Shown here: positions 26,720 through 38,658 of the stretch, piece by piece
Numbering within the stretch: position 1 is the first letter of the stretch
How the letters are laid out: each line of letters starts with the position of its first letter
Source of the DNA: an uncultured bacterium
GTDB lineage: Bacteria > Acidobacteriota > Aminicenantia > Aminicenantales > Saccharicenantaceae
Reading direction: 5' to 3'
NCBI GenBank assembly: GCA_937920515.1
Contig: CALEUG010000015.1
Span: 251 to 64,250 of the forward strand
DNA length: 64,000 nt
Position numbers and translations under genes: made by a program
Notes under the pieces: model-generated
Told to the model about the DNA's origin: nothing
The model's input: only the letters and a program-made list of their open reading frames with translations
The model's database searches: none

Positions 26720-26953
26720 CTACTTTTTATTCCTGTAAATCTCTATAAATTTCTCCAGCGAGCGGTTGTAGGTTTTTTCAATGTCATCAGGGAAAAAGCA
26801 GGCAGGAAGCTCACGGTGGCTCCAGTGATAGGCCAGGCACTCGCAGCAGATTCCCTTGCGCTCGCAGGGTTCCCAGGAGCAGTTGCATCTTTTCAGGTTT
26901 TTTTCAACCCGGCATTCCGCCATTCGCCCTCCTTTTATATTTATATGAGTCAC
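26720..26953 (-). CDS. Small Cys-rich protein (77 aa, 9 Cys; probable zinc-binding)
   Basis: The Cys spacing is CRVEKNLKRCNCSWEPCERKGICCECLAYHW. It is AT-rich and adjacent to the R-M pair. Confidence 0.3.
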   Translation of the reverse strand: MTHINIKGGRMAECRVEKNLKRCNCSWEPCERKGICCECLAYHWSHRELPACFFPDDIEKTYNRSLEKFIEIYRNKK

Positions 26954-26991
26954 GAGTTTAAATAAACGTGGGAACTAAAACTTCTATTAGC

Positions 26992-27951
26992 CTATTCAAT
27001 AAAACTCTTATCTAAATTAATTAATTTCTTGGATGACCGTTCTGCTTCGAATTCTTCTATTCTTCGCTGGGCTAACAACAAATAATCTTTGTTAATTTCG
27101 TAGCCCACATAATGACGACCTGATTTTAAAGCTGCAATGGCTGTTTGTCCACTTCCGATAAAGGGATCAAGGACCACTTCGTTTACAAATGTATAAAGCT
27201 GGATAAGTCTATATGGGAGTTCAATTGGAAATGGAGCAGGATGCCCAATTTTAGTGGCTGATTCTGCCGGGAAGCTCCAAACGCTCTTGGTAAATTCTAA
27301 GAACTCTTCTTTAGATATGGAGCTCTTCCTGTTTGGCTGAGGTTTTCTAGTGAATGATTTCTTTGAAAAAACAAGTATATATTCATGAATATCACGCAGT
27401 ATCGGATTCTTTGCTGATTTCCAGGTTCCCCAAGCAGTTGACGGACTGACACTTGAGCCTTTATTCCATATTATTTCGCCTCTCATAAGAAAGCCTATCT
27501 CTATCATATCCTGGATGATAAAAATATGAAGCGGAAGATAGGGCTTTCTCCCAAGGTTTGCGATATTTATACAGGCTCTTCCTCCAGGTACGAGCACTCT
27601 ATGAACTTCTTTCCAGACCTGAGAAAGAAAGGTTCTGTATTCATGGAGGGTTAGATTCTGATCGTATTCTTTGCCGACATTATATGGCGGCGAAGTAACC
27701 ATTAAATGTATGCTATTATCTGGAAGCTCCTCCATCTTCTCGCTCGATTTAAGAAATATTCTGTCAAGTTTTGAGGATTCCAAATAATTTTCAAAATATT
27801 CTACCGGCTCTTCTTTGGGCATATCATCATAAAGGCGGCTATTATAAAATTTGCTAGAATCATGATTTATTCTTCCAGGCGAGCCGAAAGCACTTGTTTC
27901 TGTGCCCCCGTTCTTTCTCCTGGTACCTGATAATTTCAGTCTTCTTTCCAT
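26992..27951 (-). CDS. Type II DNA methyltransferase, beta-class (N4-cytosine or N6-adenine)
   Basis: Motif IV SPPY (VTSPPYNVGKEY) precedes motif I (DPFIGSGQTAIAA), which is the beta-class order. The gene is AT-rich. Confidence 0.8.
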   Translation of the reverse strand: MERRLKLSGTRRKNGGTETSAFGSPGRINHDSSKFYNSRLYDDMPKEEPVEYFENYLESSKLDRIFLKSSEKMEELPDNSIHLMVTSPPYNVGKEYDQNLTLHEYRTFLSQVWKEVHRVLVPGGRACINIANLGRKPYLPLHIFIIQDMIEIGFLMRGEIIWNKGSSVSPSTAWGTWKSAKNPILRDIHEYILVFSKKSFTRKPQPNRKSSISKEEFLEFTKSVWSFPAESATKIGHPAPFPIELPYRLIQLYTFVNEVVLDPFIGSGQTAIAALKSGRHYVGYEINKDYLLLAQRRIEEFEAERSSKKLINLDKSFIE

Positions 27952-28580
27952 AGCTCAACCCACCTCTTATAAGGACTTATGTTTATAGAATGCTTTTTCC
28001 ATTCAATAGGAATATATTTAGACCCGCTTTTGTTTATAAGGCGAATCATAGCATCCTGAGATAGTTCCACTCCGCGAGGATTTGTCCCTGCTTTTGGTAA
28101 CTTGATATAATTTTCTCTTCCAATTTCTTCGAAAATATCTATTTGATTAACCAGAGGTATATAGAACAATCCTCCTCGGTCTCCCCAATTTATCTGCACT
28201 AAAATCATATCACAACTTGGGCGATAACCTCTTTGGAATTCTTGTGCTTTTTGCGAATCAACTGTCCAGATGAGTTTAATCCCCGATAGCCGTTTACCAG
28301 TTATAGTTTTAATTGAAATGGGAATATTAAATAGTTTAACATCGGCCTCTGGGTTGGTTATGGGTAAGTTAGTATCAACGTTTTCTTCTCCAAATTTATA
28401 AATTAGCAGGGCTATAATTATTTTTTCCCTTGTAGAACCGGCTTCCATTCCCGTTCGGCCAGCTCTTGAACTTTCAATCTCTGCCAATTGAAAAAGATAA
28501 GGAAGACGATTCTGTATCTTTATTATTATACTTTGATCTTCAAAGAGTTGATTTAGTGGATGTGTCAACTTCTTCTCCAC
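27936..28580 (-). CDS. Putative Type II restriction endonuclease partner of the methyltransferase
   Basis: 214-aa AT-rich ORF that overlaps the MTase start by 16 nt. No recognisable general-purpose domain was found. Confidence 0.4.
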   Translation of the reverse strand: MEKKLTHPLNQLFEDQSIIIKIQNRLPYLFQLAEIESSRAGRTGMEAGSTREKIIIALLIYKFGEENVDTNLPITNPEADVKLFNIPISIKTITGKRLSGIKLIWTVDSQKAQEFQRGYRPSCDMILVQINWGDRGGLFYIPLVNQIDIFEEIGRENYIKLPKAGTNPRGVELSQDAMIRLINKSGSKYIPIEWKKHSINISPYKRWVELWKED

Positions 28581-28850
28581 ATTTTAATGACGTTAAGGAA
28601 TTAAGAAAATACTCATTTTTCCGTAGATTAACCTTACCAGCCTTCATAATTATATTTTATTTATTGAATTATTACTATATTAGCACTGTCCGATAACGTT
28701 TTATTGCTGGCGGCATGACCATTTGTGGGGCGGCGGGTTAGTTTGTCCTGGATGCCTGGATGATTGAGCGGGAGCGAGGGCCGGTTGCCCGGAAGCCTGA
28801 TTTGGGCTATCATTAATGGCTGAAAATTAACCACTTGGGCGAGAAGGAAA

Positions 28851-29261
28851 ATGGCCAGAAAGAAAGCCGCTCAGAAATTAGAATACGGAGAGAAAGAGGC
28901 CAGGGCCGGGCTTAAAACCCGGTTGCCTGAGCTCCGGACCTTTCCCAACCAGTTTCCCGATTACGAAATCACCATTGAAATTCCGGAATATACCTCGGTT
29001 TGCCCGAAGACCGGGCTGCCTGACTACGGCAAGATTACCCTGTGGTACGTTCCGGACAAAAAGGTTATAGAGCTAAAATCCCTGAAGATGTACATCCTGG
29101 CTTACCGCAACCTGGGGATATTTTATGAAAACGCTGTCAACCGCATCCTGGAAGATGTGATCAGAGCCTGCAAGCCGAAGAAAGCCCTGGTCAGAGGAGA
29201 ATTCACCCCGCGGGGCGGCCTGAAATCCACGGTCGAAGCCCGCTACCCGCGCGGGGAATGA
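28851..29261 (+). CDS. queF: NADPH-dependent 7-cyano-7-deazaguanine (preQ0) reductase
   Basis: 136 aa. The catalytic Cys context (EYTSVCPKTGLPDYG) and the QueF motif region (ELKSLKMYILAYRN) are present. Confidence 0.85.
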   Translation: MARKKAAQKLEYGEKEARAGLKTRLPELRTFPNQFPDYEITIEIPEYTSVCPKTGLPDYGKITLWYVPDKKVIELKSLKMYILAYRNLGIFYENAVNRILEDVIRACKPKKALVRGEFTPRGGLKSTVEARYPRGE

Positions 29262-29302
29262 GGTTTTGCCTGCCTGATTGAGTCCGGGATCAGAACAAAG
29301 AG

Positions 29303-30436
29303 ATGAGCAGAAATAATTTATACTCAACTGGCTGGAAAGGCCACAAGGACTCGATCGGTTTTTTTGAGCGCCTGGATTCTGGCGAACTGAACCGGCCAGC
29401 TCTTAATGCCACTCAGCCCCACGATTCAGCTGATACCGCTCCGGTCTCCCGGCCAGCTGGCCAAGACAGGGCGGGGGTAGCCCGGGCGAAATCGACAGGA
29501 AGCCAGGCGCCCTCCTTCGGACTGACGGACCTGCTGATGCTCCTGACCACCATGGTCTGGGGAGCCAATGTTTCGGTTATCAAGGGGTCGTTTGCCGAGC
29601 TTCCTCCGCACGCCTTCAACCTGGCCCGGTTTTTGTTTTCGGCCCTGATTTATGCCGTAATCATCTGGCGCAGCCGGGAAGGTTTTGCCATCAGCCGCCG
29701 GGACCTGCCGCGGGTGATATTCCTGGCCCTGACCGGTATCACCCTCTACCAGGTATTTTTCATCACCGGTCTCAGCCGGACCCCGGCTTCCCTGGTTTCC
29801 ATGGCCAATGCCATGACCCCGATTTTTATTGCTGTCCTGAGCATGGCTTTCGGCCTGGAGCGGCTGCGCTGGACCGGCTGGCTGGGAATCGTTCTTTCGG
29901 TGGCCGGCTTTTATGGAATAATTCTGGGACGGCCCAACGGCTTCAACCTTAAAGGGGCTGAAGTCTCCGGAGTCTTCCTGATTCTGCTGGCCGGCATGAT
30001 GTGGGCTTTTTACACAATTTTTGCCCGGCCGGTGCTGAAGAAAATTTCGCCAACCAAACTGGCCGGCCTGACCAACATCATCGGGACGGTCTTTTACCTT
30101 CCCTTTGCCTGGAAAGAATTTTCCCGGGCCGATTTTTCCCGGGTGACGGCGGGCGGCTGGCTTGGACTGGTCTATTCAGGCTCTTTAGCCCTGGTCTTCG
30201 GGTTTATCGTCTGGTATAAATCGGTGGAAAGGGTGGGCGGAGCCAGGACCGGAGTTTACAGCAACCTGACCCCGGTCTTCGGCGTGCTGACCGCGGTGAT
30301 TTTCCTGGGAGACCGGATAAGCTGGCTTCAGATTTTTAGCGCTCTGATAATTTTCTTCGGGGTTTACCTTACCCGAAACGGCCACCAGCTTTTCCGCAGA
30401 AAAGTCCAGGGGCAGAGTCTGGAATGTGAAACTTAG
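29303..30436 (+). CDS. DMT/EamA-family transporter (10 TM). The true start is probably internal, around 29540.
   Basis: It has two EamA-like halves and about 10 hydrophobic helices. It sits between queF and queE. Confidence 0.7.
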   Translation: MSRNNLYSTGWKGHKDSIGFFERLDSGELNRPALNATQPHDSADTAPVSRPAGQDRAGVARAKSTGSQAPSFGLTDLLMLLTTMVWGANVSVIKGSFAELPPHAFNLARFLFSALIYAVIIWRSREGFAISRRDLPRVIFLALTGITLYQVFFITGLSRTPASLVSMANAMTPIFIAVLSMAFGLERLRWTGWLGIVLSVAGFYGIILGRPNGFNLKGAEVSGVFLILLAGMMWAFYTIFARPVLKKISPTKLAGLTNIIGTVFYLPFAWKEFSRADFSRVTAGGWLGLVYSGSLALVFGFIVWYKSVERVGGARTGVYSNLTPVFGVLTAVIFLGDRISWLQIFSALIIFFGVYLTRNGHQLFRRKVQGQSLECET

Positions 30437-30743
30437 AATGATTGCTTCCCGGGCCGACCTGTCCTCAGCGGCTCATTATTATTTGAGCATCGGGGCCATA
30501 TAAAACCTCACCAATATCCTCTACAGATGTTAATGAGTTCTATCGTAAATCGTCAGCTGTCCCCGAAAAATTATTTTCTGGCCTTTCTTGCTTTATGAGC
30601 ATAATAAATCAGGTCTGCAGACAGAAGCAACGGGGCGATTAAAATGTCAGTCACGGACCTGAATCGTCGATAGTAGACTGCCTGTAAATACAGAACAGAT
30701 GTATCTGGTAAAAACCCGCGTCAGAAAAAATGTTACGGAGATT

Positions 30744-31373
30744 TTATTTTATTCCATAAATTTTATGGAGCTGGCAGGACAGCCTGATATTTGACAGACC
30801 TTCCTGGACTGCCTGGATATAAAGCTTCCAGCCTTTTTTATAACTCCAGAGAACGTTGGATTGAGGCTGGAGCAGGAGCGGAATTCTGGCCGGGAACTTC
30901 TCCCTTACTCCCCGGATTTCTTCCAGTCCCAGGCTTCTGGTGACCACCAGCTTGACCTCAGAGGCCAGGCGGCGGCAATCTGAGCTGATTTTATAATCCG
31001 GCGGCTTGGGCGAGACCGTCAGCCAGTCCGCTTTAACTGGCACGGCAAGGGTCCCGTTGGTTTCTATATGAATCCTGAATCCGGCCCGTTTCAGCAGGCT
31101 AACCAGGGGTCTTATGTTCTGCAGCAGGGGCTCTCCGCCCGTCAGGCAGACCCAGTCTGTCTTATACTTTTTATCCAGGGCAGCAATTTTCTCCAGGATT
31201 GCTTCCGGCTGCAGCTCCCTTCCGCCCTCCCAGGCATACTTCGTGTCGCAGAAGGAGCAGCGCAGATTGCAGCCCGAAAAACGAATGAAAACGGTCGGCT
31301 GTCCCTGACGCAGACCTTCCCCGGCCGCCGAGAAGAAAATCTCGCTAATCTTCAGTGTAGGTGGCTGCGGCAT
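30744..31373 (-). CDS. queE: 7-carboxy-7-deazaguanine synthase (radical SAM)
   Basis: The radical SAM/QueE motif GEGLRQGQPTVFIRFSGCNLRCSFCDTKYAW is present. The protein is 209 aa. Confidence 0.85.
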   Translation of the reverse strand: MPQPPTLKISEIFFSAAGEGLRQGQPTVFIRFSGCNLRCSFCDTKYAWEGGRELQPEAILEKIAALDKKYKTDWVCLTGGEPLLQNIRPLVSLLKRAGFRIHIETNGTLAVPVKADWLTVSPKPPDYKISSDCRRLASEVKLVVTRSLGLEEIRGVREKFPARIPLLLQPQSNVLWSYKKGWKLYIQAVQEGLSNIRLSCQLHKIYGIK

Positions 31374-31689
31374 CCTCCGACTCCCAGACGGTGACCGCCG
31401 TCACCGGGTAGAACTCTTTCATCCTGTTAAATATTTCGCGGGCCAGGTTTTCAGCCGAAGGGTTAAAATCAAAGGCTTCATTCAGCAGGGTGTGGTCCGG
31501 CAGGATTTCTGCCAGCTTCTTTTTTATCTCTGTGAAGTCAATTCCGATGCCGGTTTTGTCCAGATCCCTGACCGCTATTTCCACTTCCACCTGGAAGGTA
31601 TGTCCATGGAGCTTTTCGCATTTTCCTCTGTATTCCCGCAGGTAATGGGCGGCGGAAAACTTATCACGGACCTTGAGTTTCCAGCTCAT
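31345..31689 (-). CDS. queD: 6-carboxy-5,6,7,8-tetrahydropterin synthase
   Basis: 114 aa with the PTPS-family zinc-binding motif CEKLHGHTFQVEV. Confidence 0.85.
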   Translation of the reverse strand: MSWKLKVRDKFSAAHYLREYRGKCEKLHGHTFQVEVEIAVRDLDKTGIGIDFTEIKKKLAEILPDHTLLNEAFDFNPSAENLAREIFNRMKEFYPVTAVTVWESEDAAATYTED

Positions 31690-32432
31690 ATTTTTCCCTC
31701 CTTTTTAAGGCGCACCAGAAGATGGTCTTTGTGGCCGGCTTCCTTCCAGGCTCTGGCCCGGAGCAGGCAGGCAGAACAGCGGTTGCAGGGCACTTCCTGA
31801 CCGGAGTAGCAGGTTATGGAGCAGGAATAATCAGCGCTCAGCTTCAGGCCCAGCCTGATTATTTCAGATTTTCTCATATTGATAAATGGTGTTATTATCC
31901 TGAATTTTCTGCGGCCGAACCTGGCCCCCGTCCCTTCGTTGATGACCCTGTTCATGGTCCGGACAAAACTGGCGGTGGTATCAGGATAATCGGGTGAGTC
32001 GATGACGTTAAATCCGCAAACAATATCATAAACTCCCAGACTTTCACCCAGAGCGGCCGCCATCGAGATGAATATTCCGTTACGAAAGGGGACATAGGTG
32101 GCCGGCAACCCTTCTTTTATTTCATCATCTTTATAGAATTCTGGAACCGATATATTTTTGTCGGTCAGGGCAGAACCACCGACCTGCCTGAGGTCCACCC
32201 TGATGATTTTTGGCACCAGACCCAGCCGGCGGCAGGTTTTCCTGGCCAGCCTTATCTCCACCCGGTGTCGCTGTCCGTAGTCAAATATTACCGGTTGCAC
32301 CCGGCCGTACCGCTTCAGCGCCCAGTGCAGGGCGGTGGTCGAATCAATTCCTCCGGAAAACAGCACCAGACAGGCCTCACCTTTTAAAACCATGGCGGTG
32401 GAAATGGTACCTGGTTGAGGGTTTCTTTTCAT
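31686..32432 (-). CDS. queC: 7-cyano-7-deazaguanine synthase
   Basis: The PP-loop LVLFSGGIDSTTAL and C-terminal Cys cluster (CNRCSAC) are present. Confidence 0.85.
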   Translation of the reverse strand: MKRNPQPGTISTAMVLKGEACLVLFSGGIDSTTALHWALKRYGRVQPVIFDYGQRHRVEIRLARKTCRRLGLVPKIIRVDLRQVGGSALTDKNISVPEFYKDDEIKEGLPATYVPFRNGIFISMAAALGESLGVYDIVCGFNVIDSPDYPDTTASFVRTMNRVINEGTGARFGRRKFRIITPFINMRKSEIIRLGLKLSADYSCSITCYSGQEVPCNRCSACLLRARAWKEAGHKDHLLVRLKKEGKI

Positions 32433-32610
32433 GGCTGATTAACCCCAACGGGTAAATCATACCCCAGACCAGCCCGCCTCTCAACCCTGGAATTTAATTA
32501 GGGAAGGCGGGCTGGCAATTGACAAAAGTGCGAGCAAAATCTATTTTTTTGATGAAGAAAAATTTAAGTTCATATTCAACCGGCAACTGACATTCAGGCT
32601 GGAGGCGAAG

Positions 32611-33318
32611 ATGAGAAAGACGGTCTTTTTTCTCATTTTAATACTTTGCCTGTTGCTGAGCTCCTCCGTGGCAGCCGAGTTTAAGAGAATCCTCGGGCCG
32701 ATGTTTTCCAGCTATTCTCGTCCCTGGCCCGGTCCTTTTTCTGGAGATTACCCTGTCGCCCTGGATTATGGCAGCACCTGGAGTCCCTTCAAAAACAGCC
32801 GGTTTTCTTTTTTTGGCGGCCTGGGCCTGGAGTTCCCCCTGTCGCGGTCGCTGGAAGTTGGAGTCGAGGTTCTATACAAAGAGGCCGGCGGGCAGTACCG
32901 ATTAGAAACCGGGCTCTTTGATTCCTACCGTTATGAGTTCCAATCGAGGGAGGTTTCTTTTCCTCTCCTGCTTGAAGCCCATTTCAGGAAAAAATCGCGC
33001 CCGTATTTTCTGGCAGGGGTGGAGCCCTCTTTTATCCTGTCTCACCGTTACCAGCTTTTCTACAGGTCCGAAGCCAGCCGGGTATTCATGAAGGTTGAGG
33101 AAGCGGATATAAAAGGCTATACCGGCCGGGCAGACCTGGCCCTGGTCCTGGGGCTCGGGTTCGAGGCCGCGGTGAAAAGGAGAAAGGTGGCGGTCGAATG
33201 CCGATACCACCTCGGGCTTCCGGACCTGGGCCGGGGGCTGCTGCCAGGGCCGGAGGGAAATGCAGTCCGGGTCCGCAGCCGCCAGCTTCTCCTGGTCATC
33301 AGCTATGTGATCAAATAG
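32611..33318 (+). CDS. Outer-membrane beta-barrel domain protein (OmpA-N/OMP_b-brl-like)
   Basis: A signal peptide, a 235-aa body and alternating hydrophobic beta-strand patterns are present. Confidence 0.45.
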   Translation: MRKTVFFLILILCLLLSSSVAAEFKRILGPMFSSYSRPWPGPFSGDYPVALDYGSTWSPFKNSRFSFFGGLGLEFPLSRSLEVGVEVLYKEAGGQYRLETGLFDSYRYEFQSREVSFPLLLEAHFRKKSRPYFLAGVEPSFILSHRYQLFYRSEASRVFMKVEEADIKGYTGRADLALVLGLGFEAAVKRRKVAVECRYHLGLPDLGRGLLPGPEGNAVRVRSRQLLLVISYVIK

Positions 33319-33397
33319 CGGGTTGACAATTCTCCATCCTGACCGGCGGCCGGAGTTAATTGACATAACCCGTCTTAGATGTTAACTTTTATATTCC

Positions 33398-34177
33398 ATG
33401 AACCTGGAAAACCTGGAACTTCAGCTGGAACGGCAGGAGAAAAAAAGCCGTTTAATCCTGAGGGACGACCTTTATGACCTTCCCGTCCTCAGGGACATCC
33501 TGGGAAAAGCCGCTTCCAGGAAAATCCGGGTGTCCCTGCTGGACAGCGGCCGCTTTGCCCCCGATGAGCTGGAGCGGCTGGCGGATTTTCCTTTTTCTTT
33601 CTATACTTCCGACGTTTCCCGCTCCGATTTTCAGGTTTTAAGCCAGATCAATCTCGGCCTGAAGCGCCGGGGCTGCCGTCTTTTTTACTTCCTGCAGGGT
33701 GAACTTCAGGAGGACTCCGGGTTCTGGAATAATGTCGGGTTGTTTGAGGCGATTTATGTTTCTGGCCGGGAAAAAGACAGGCCCCTGGGACTGCTGGCTG
33801 GCCTGGCTGAGGAGGTCAGCCATGGCCGGACCTCACTTGTCTATTATCATCATAAAAAACTGGAAGAAAACCTGGCCCGGGTCTGTCTGAAGAATTGCTG
33901 GCTTCACGTTTCCAACAAGAACTTTGAAGAAGAGGCGGAAATTATGATTCTGGACCTGCTGAGAGAAATAAAAAAATATGGAGGTAGCCCGGTGATCCAT
34001 GTCGACCGCGGCCAGTCCTATCAGTTTTTGAAACGGCTGGCGGATGCCGGGGCTTTCCTGGTATTCAACCTGCCGCCGCTGGAGCCGGCCTCGAGGATAT
34101 TTTCTCTATCAGAAAGCTGGCGGAAGAAAAAATTGCCGGAAAAGGCTTTTTATCTATACAGAGAAATCATGGCCTGA
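33398..34177 (+). CDS. Hypothetical protein (259 aa) immediately upstream of the V-ATPase operon
   Basis: The ORF has a plausible start. No motif was recognised. Confidence 0.3.
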   Translation: MNLENLELQLERQEKKSRLILRDDLYDLPVLRDILGKAASRKIRVSLLDSGRFAPDELERLADFPFSFYTSDVSRSDFQVLSQINLGLKRRGCRLFYFLQGELQEDSGFWNNVGLFEAIYVSGREKDRPLGLLAGLAEEVSHGRTSLVYYHHKKLEENLARVCLKNCWLHVSNKNFEEEAEIMILDLLREIKKYGGSPVIHVDRGQSYQFLKRLADAGAFLVFNLPPLEPASRIFSLSESWRKKKLPEKAFYLYREIMA

Positions 34178-34283
34178 CGAACAGACGGCCAGACCGGCCG
34201 GCTTCGAAATCAGGATAAAAAAGGTTCAAATAATTTTCGGCTTAGATATAATATGATTTTTGAAATCAAAGGCGGATGAAGCC

Positions 34284-34663
34284 ATGAATGAAAAAGAATT
34301 AAAAACGGAAACCCCGGCCCGGGATGAAGCCTGGCAGGCTCTGCAGCTGGTCAGAGAAGCTGAGGAACGGGCCCGGCAGATGGTGGAAGAGGCCCGGACG
34401 CGGACTGCCCCTGACCTGTTAAGGCGGGCGGCAGAAGAGGCGGAAGAAGCCAGGAAGAGGATCCTGGCTGAAGCCAGAAAGCAGGCTGAACAGTTGAAAA
34501 AAGAAATAGTGGACAGGGCTCGGGCCGAGGCCGGAACGATAAGCCAGCAGGCGGAAGCCGAGAAGGCCATGATATTGAAGGCTGCCGAAAATAACTTCGA
34601 GCAGGCCGTGACCCGGGCGGTCGCCAGATTGCTGGAGCTGGTGGAGACAAGGAAGGTTGACTG

Positions 34664-34664
<1 letters not shown>
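34284..34664 (+). CDS. A/V-type ATPase peripheral-stalk subunit (H/G-like; Ala/Glu/Arg-rich coiled coil)
   Basis: The composition is coiled-coil-like (AEEAEEARKRILAEARKQAEQLKKE). Its position as first gene of the operon matches the subunit G/H gene. Confidence 0.5.
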
Positions 34665-37091
<2,427 letters not shown>

Positions 37092-37108
37092 TAGTAATCA
37101 GGAAGACG

Positions 37109-37525
37109 ATGAGTCTGGAAAAAATCCTGGAGAAAATCGAGCAGGAAGCCCGACAGGAGTCGGATCGGATTCTGTCCGAAGCCCGGGAGAAAGCCGGGCA
37201 ATTAAAAAAAGAAGCCGAGCAAAAAGCCCGCGAACAGGCTGCGGCCATTCTGCGCCAGGCTGAGGGAGAAGGCCGCCTTGAGGCCAGCCGGATTGTGACC
37301 CAGGCCCAGCTGCAGAAAAGAATGGAGCTGCTCCGGACCAGGCGAGCCCTGATCAATAAAGTCCTGGCTGCGGCTCTGGAGAAAGAGGAATTGAAAAAAG
37401 TCAGGCTGAAAAAGGAAATCGTTTCCAGGGAAGGTCTCAAGCAGGAAGTCCTGCCTTCGGGAAAATGGCTCGAGGAACTTTCCCAGGAAGTGGAAAACGA
37501 TATCCTCGAGTGTTTAAAAATCTGA
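37109..37525 (+). CDS. A/V-type ATPase subunit E
   Basis: 138 aa with the subunit E-like N-terminus MSLEKILEKIEQEARQE, in operon position. Confidence 0.65.
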   Translation: MSLEKILEKIEQEARQESDRILSEAREKAGQLKKEAEQKAREQAAAILRQAEGEGRLEASRIVTQAQLQKRMELLRTRRALINKVLAAALEKEELKKVRLKKEIVSREGLKQEVLPSGKWLEELSQEVENDILECLKI

Positions 37526-37526
37526 G

Positions 37527-38315
37527 ATGACGACCAGAGTTGCTGCCCTGAATTATGCCTTTGCCGTAGGACGGGTCCGGGCCCTGGAAAACTTCCTGAT
37601 TCCTTACCAGGTTTTCCGGGATGCAGCCGAAGCTGAAACGGCCGAGAGGGCCCTGGAGCTGATTTCCGACGCCGGCAAGTTCGGGGAAGACCTGCTGCTG
37701 GTTGAAAGTGCTGACCAGCTGGACCGGGTTTTGCTCAAGGAAAGAATGGCCCTGGATTTTAACCTGGAAGAGCTTTTCCTGGAAAGGCCGCTCTACCAGG
37801 CTTACCTGGCTGCCGAAAGCCCGGCCGAGATGTCTGCCAGGCTGGAAGCGACCGAAAATCTTTTTATCCGGGATTACTTCCGCCTGCGCCTGGACCTGGC
37901 CAACCTGAAGCTCTTTCTGCGCTGCCGTTACCTGGAATTGCCCGAAGAGCGGCTGAATGAGAATTTTCTTCCTGGCGGCAGACTGGAAAAGAAATTGCTC
38001 CTGGAGCATTATCAGGAAGGTTTTGATGAGGTTTACCAGCAGCTCAGGTCCGGCCGGTTCGGGGAGCTGTGGAAGCTGGCCACGGAATATCTCGTTTCCA
38101 GGGAAAGCTTTATTGTGCTGGAGAGGGAAATAGAAAACCTGTCCATGAATTATTTGAAGCAGGCCAGGCAGATAACTTTCGGGCCCGAGCCGCTTTTTGC
38201 CTATGGCCTGGCCCGACGCCATGAGCTGAAGCTCGTGCGGATAGTTCTGGCCGGAAAACTCCTGCAGCTTCCGGCCTCATTCTTGAAAGAAAGGATAAGT
38301 CAGACCTATGTCTGA
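37527..38315 (+). CDS. A/V-type ATPase subunit C
   Basis: 262 aa, in operon position between E and F. Confidence 0.6.
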   Translation: MTTRVAALNYAFAVGRVRALENFLIPYQVFRDAAEAETAERALELISDAGKFGEDLLLVESADQLDRVLLKERMALDFNLEELFLERPLYQAYLAAESPAEMSARLEATENLFIRDYFRLRLDLANLKLFLRCRYLELPEERLNENFLPGGRLEKKLLLEHYQEGFDEVYQQLRSGRFGELWKLATEYLVSRESFIVLEREIENLSMNYLKQARQITFGPEPLFAYGLARRHELKLVRIVLAGKLLQLPASFLKERISQTYV

Positions 38316-38658
38316 AGCCGGAAGGATAGCCGTAATCGGAGACCGGGATTTCTGTGCTCCGTTTAAAGTCCTGGGCCTCAGCGTGCTGACTCCCGACAAC
38401 CCGGACGAGGCCCGGGCCCTGCTGGCCCAGGTGGTCCAGGAAAAATACGCCATCTGCCTGATCCAGGAAACCTGGCTGGAGGTTCTGAAACCAGAAGTGG
38501 CCGGGCTCAGTCATAGATTGGCCCCGGTCTGTGTCGGTTTTTCCGACTTCCGGGCCAGCTCGGAATCGGTGGAAAACCTGATGAAGGAGCTTTCAATCAA
38601 AGCCATTGGTTCGGATGCACTCTTTACCAGAGGAAGGAAAGAAAATGAGACAAGGTAA
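38308..38658 (+). CDS. A/V-type ATPase subunit F
   Basis: 116 aa. The N-terminal IAVIGDRDFCAPFKVLG matches the subunit F family. Confidence 0.7.
   Translation: MSEAGRIAVIGDRDFCAPFKVLGLSVLTPDNPDEARALLAQVVQEKYAICLIQETWLEVLKPEVAGLSHRLAPVCVGFSDFRASSESVENLMKELSIKAIGSDALFTRGRKENETR

Noticed and set aside
28700-28850. Possible preQ1 riboswitch upstream of queF
   Set aside because: No compact preQ1-I-like hairpin plus A-rich tail could be recognised by eye, so there is insufficient evidence.
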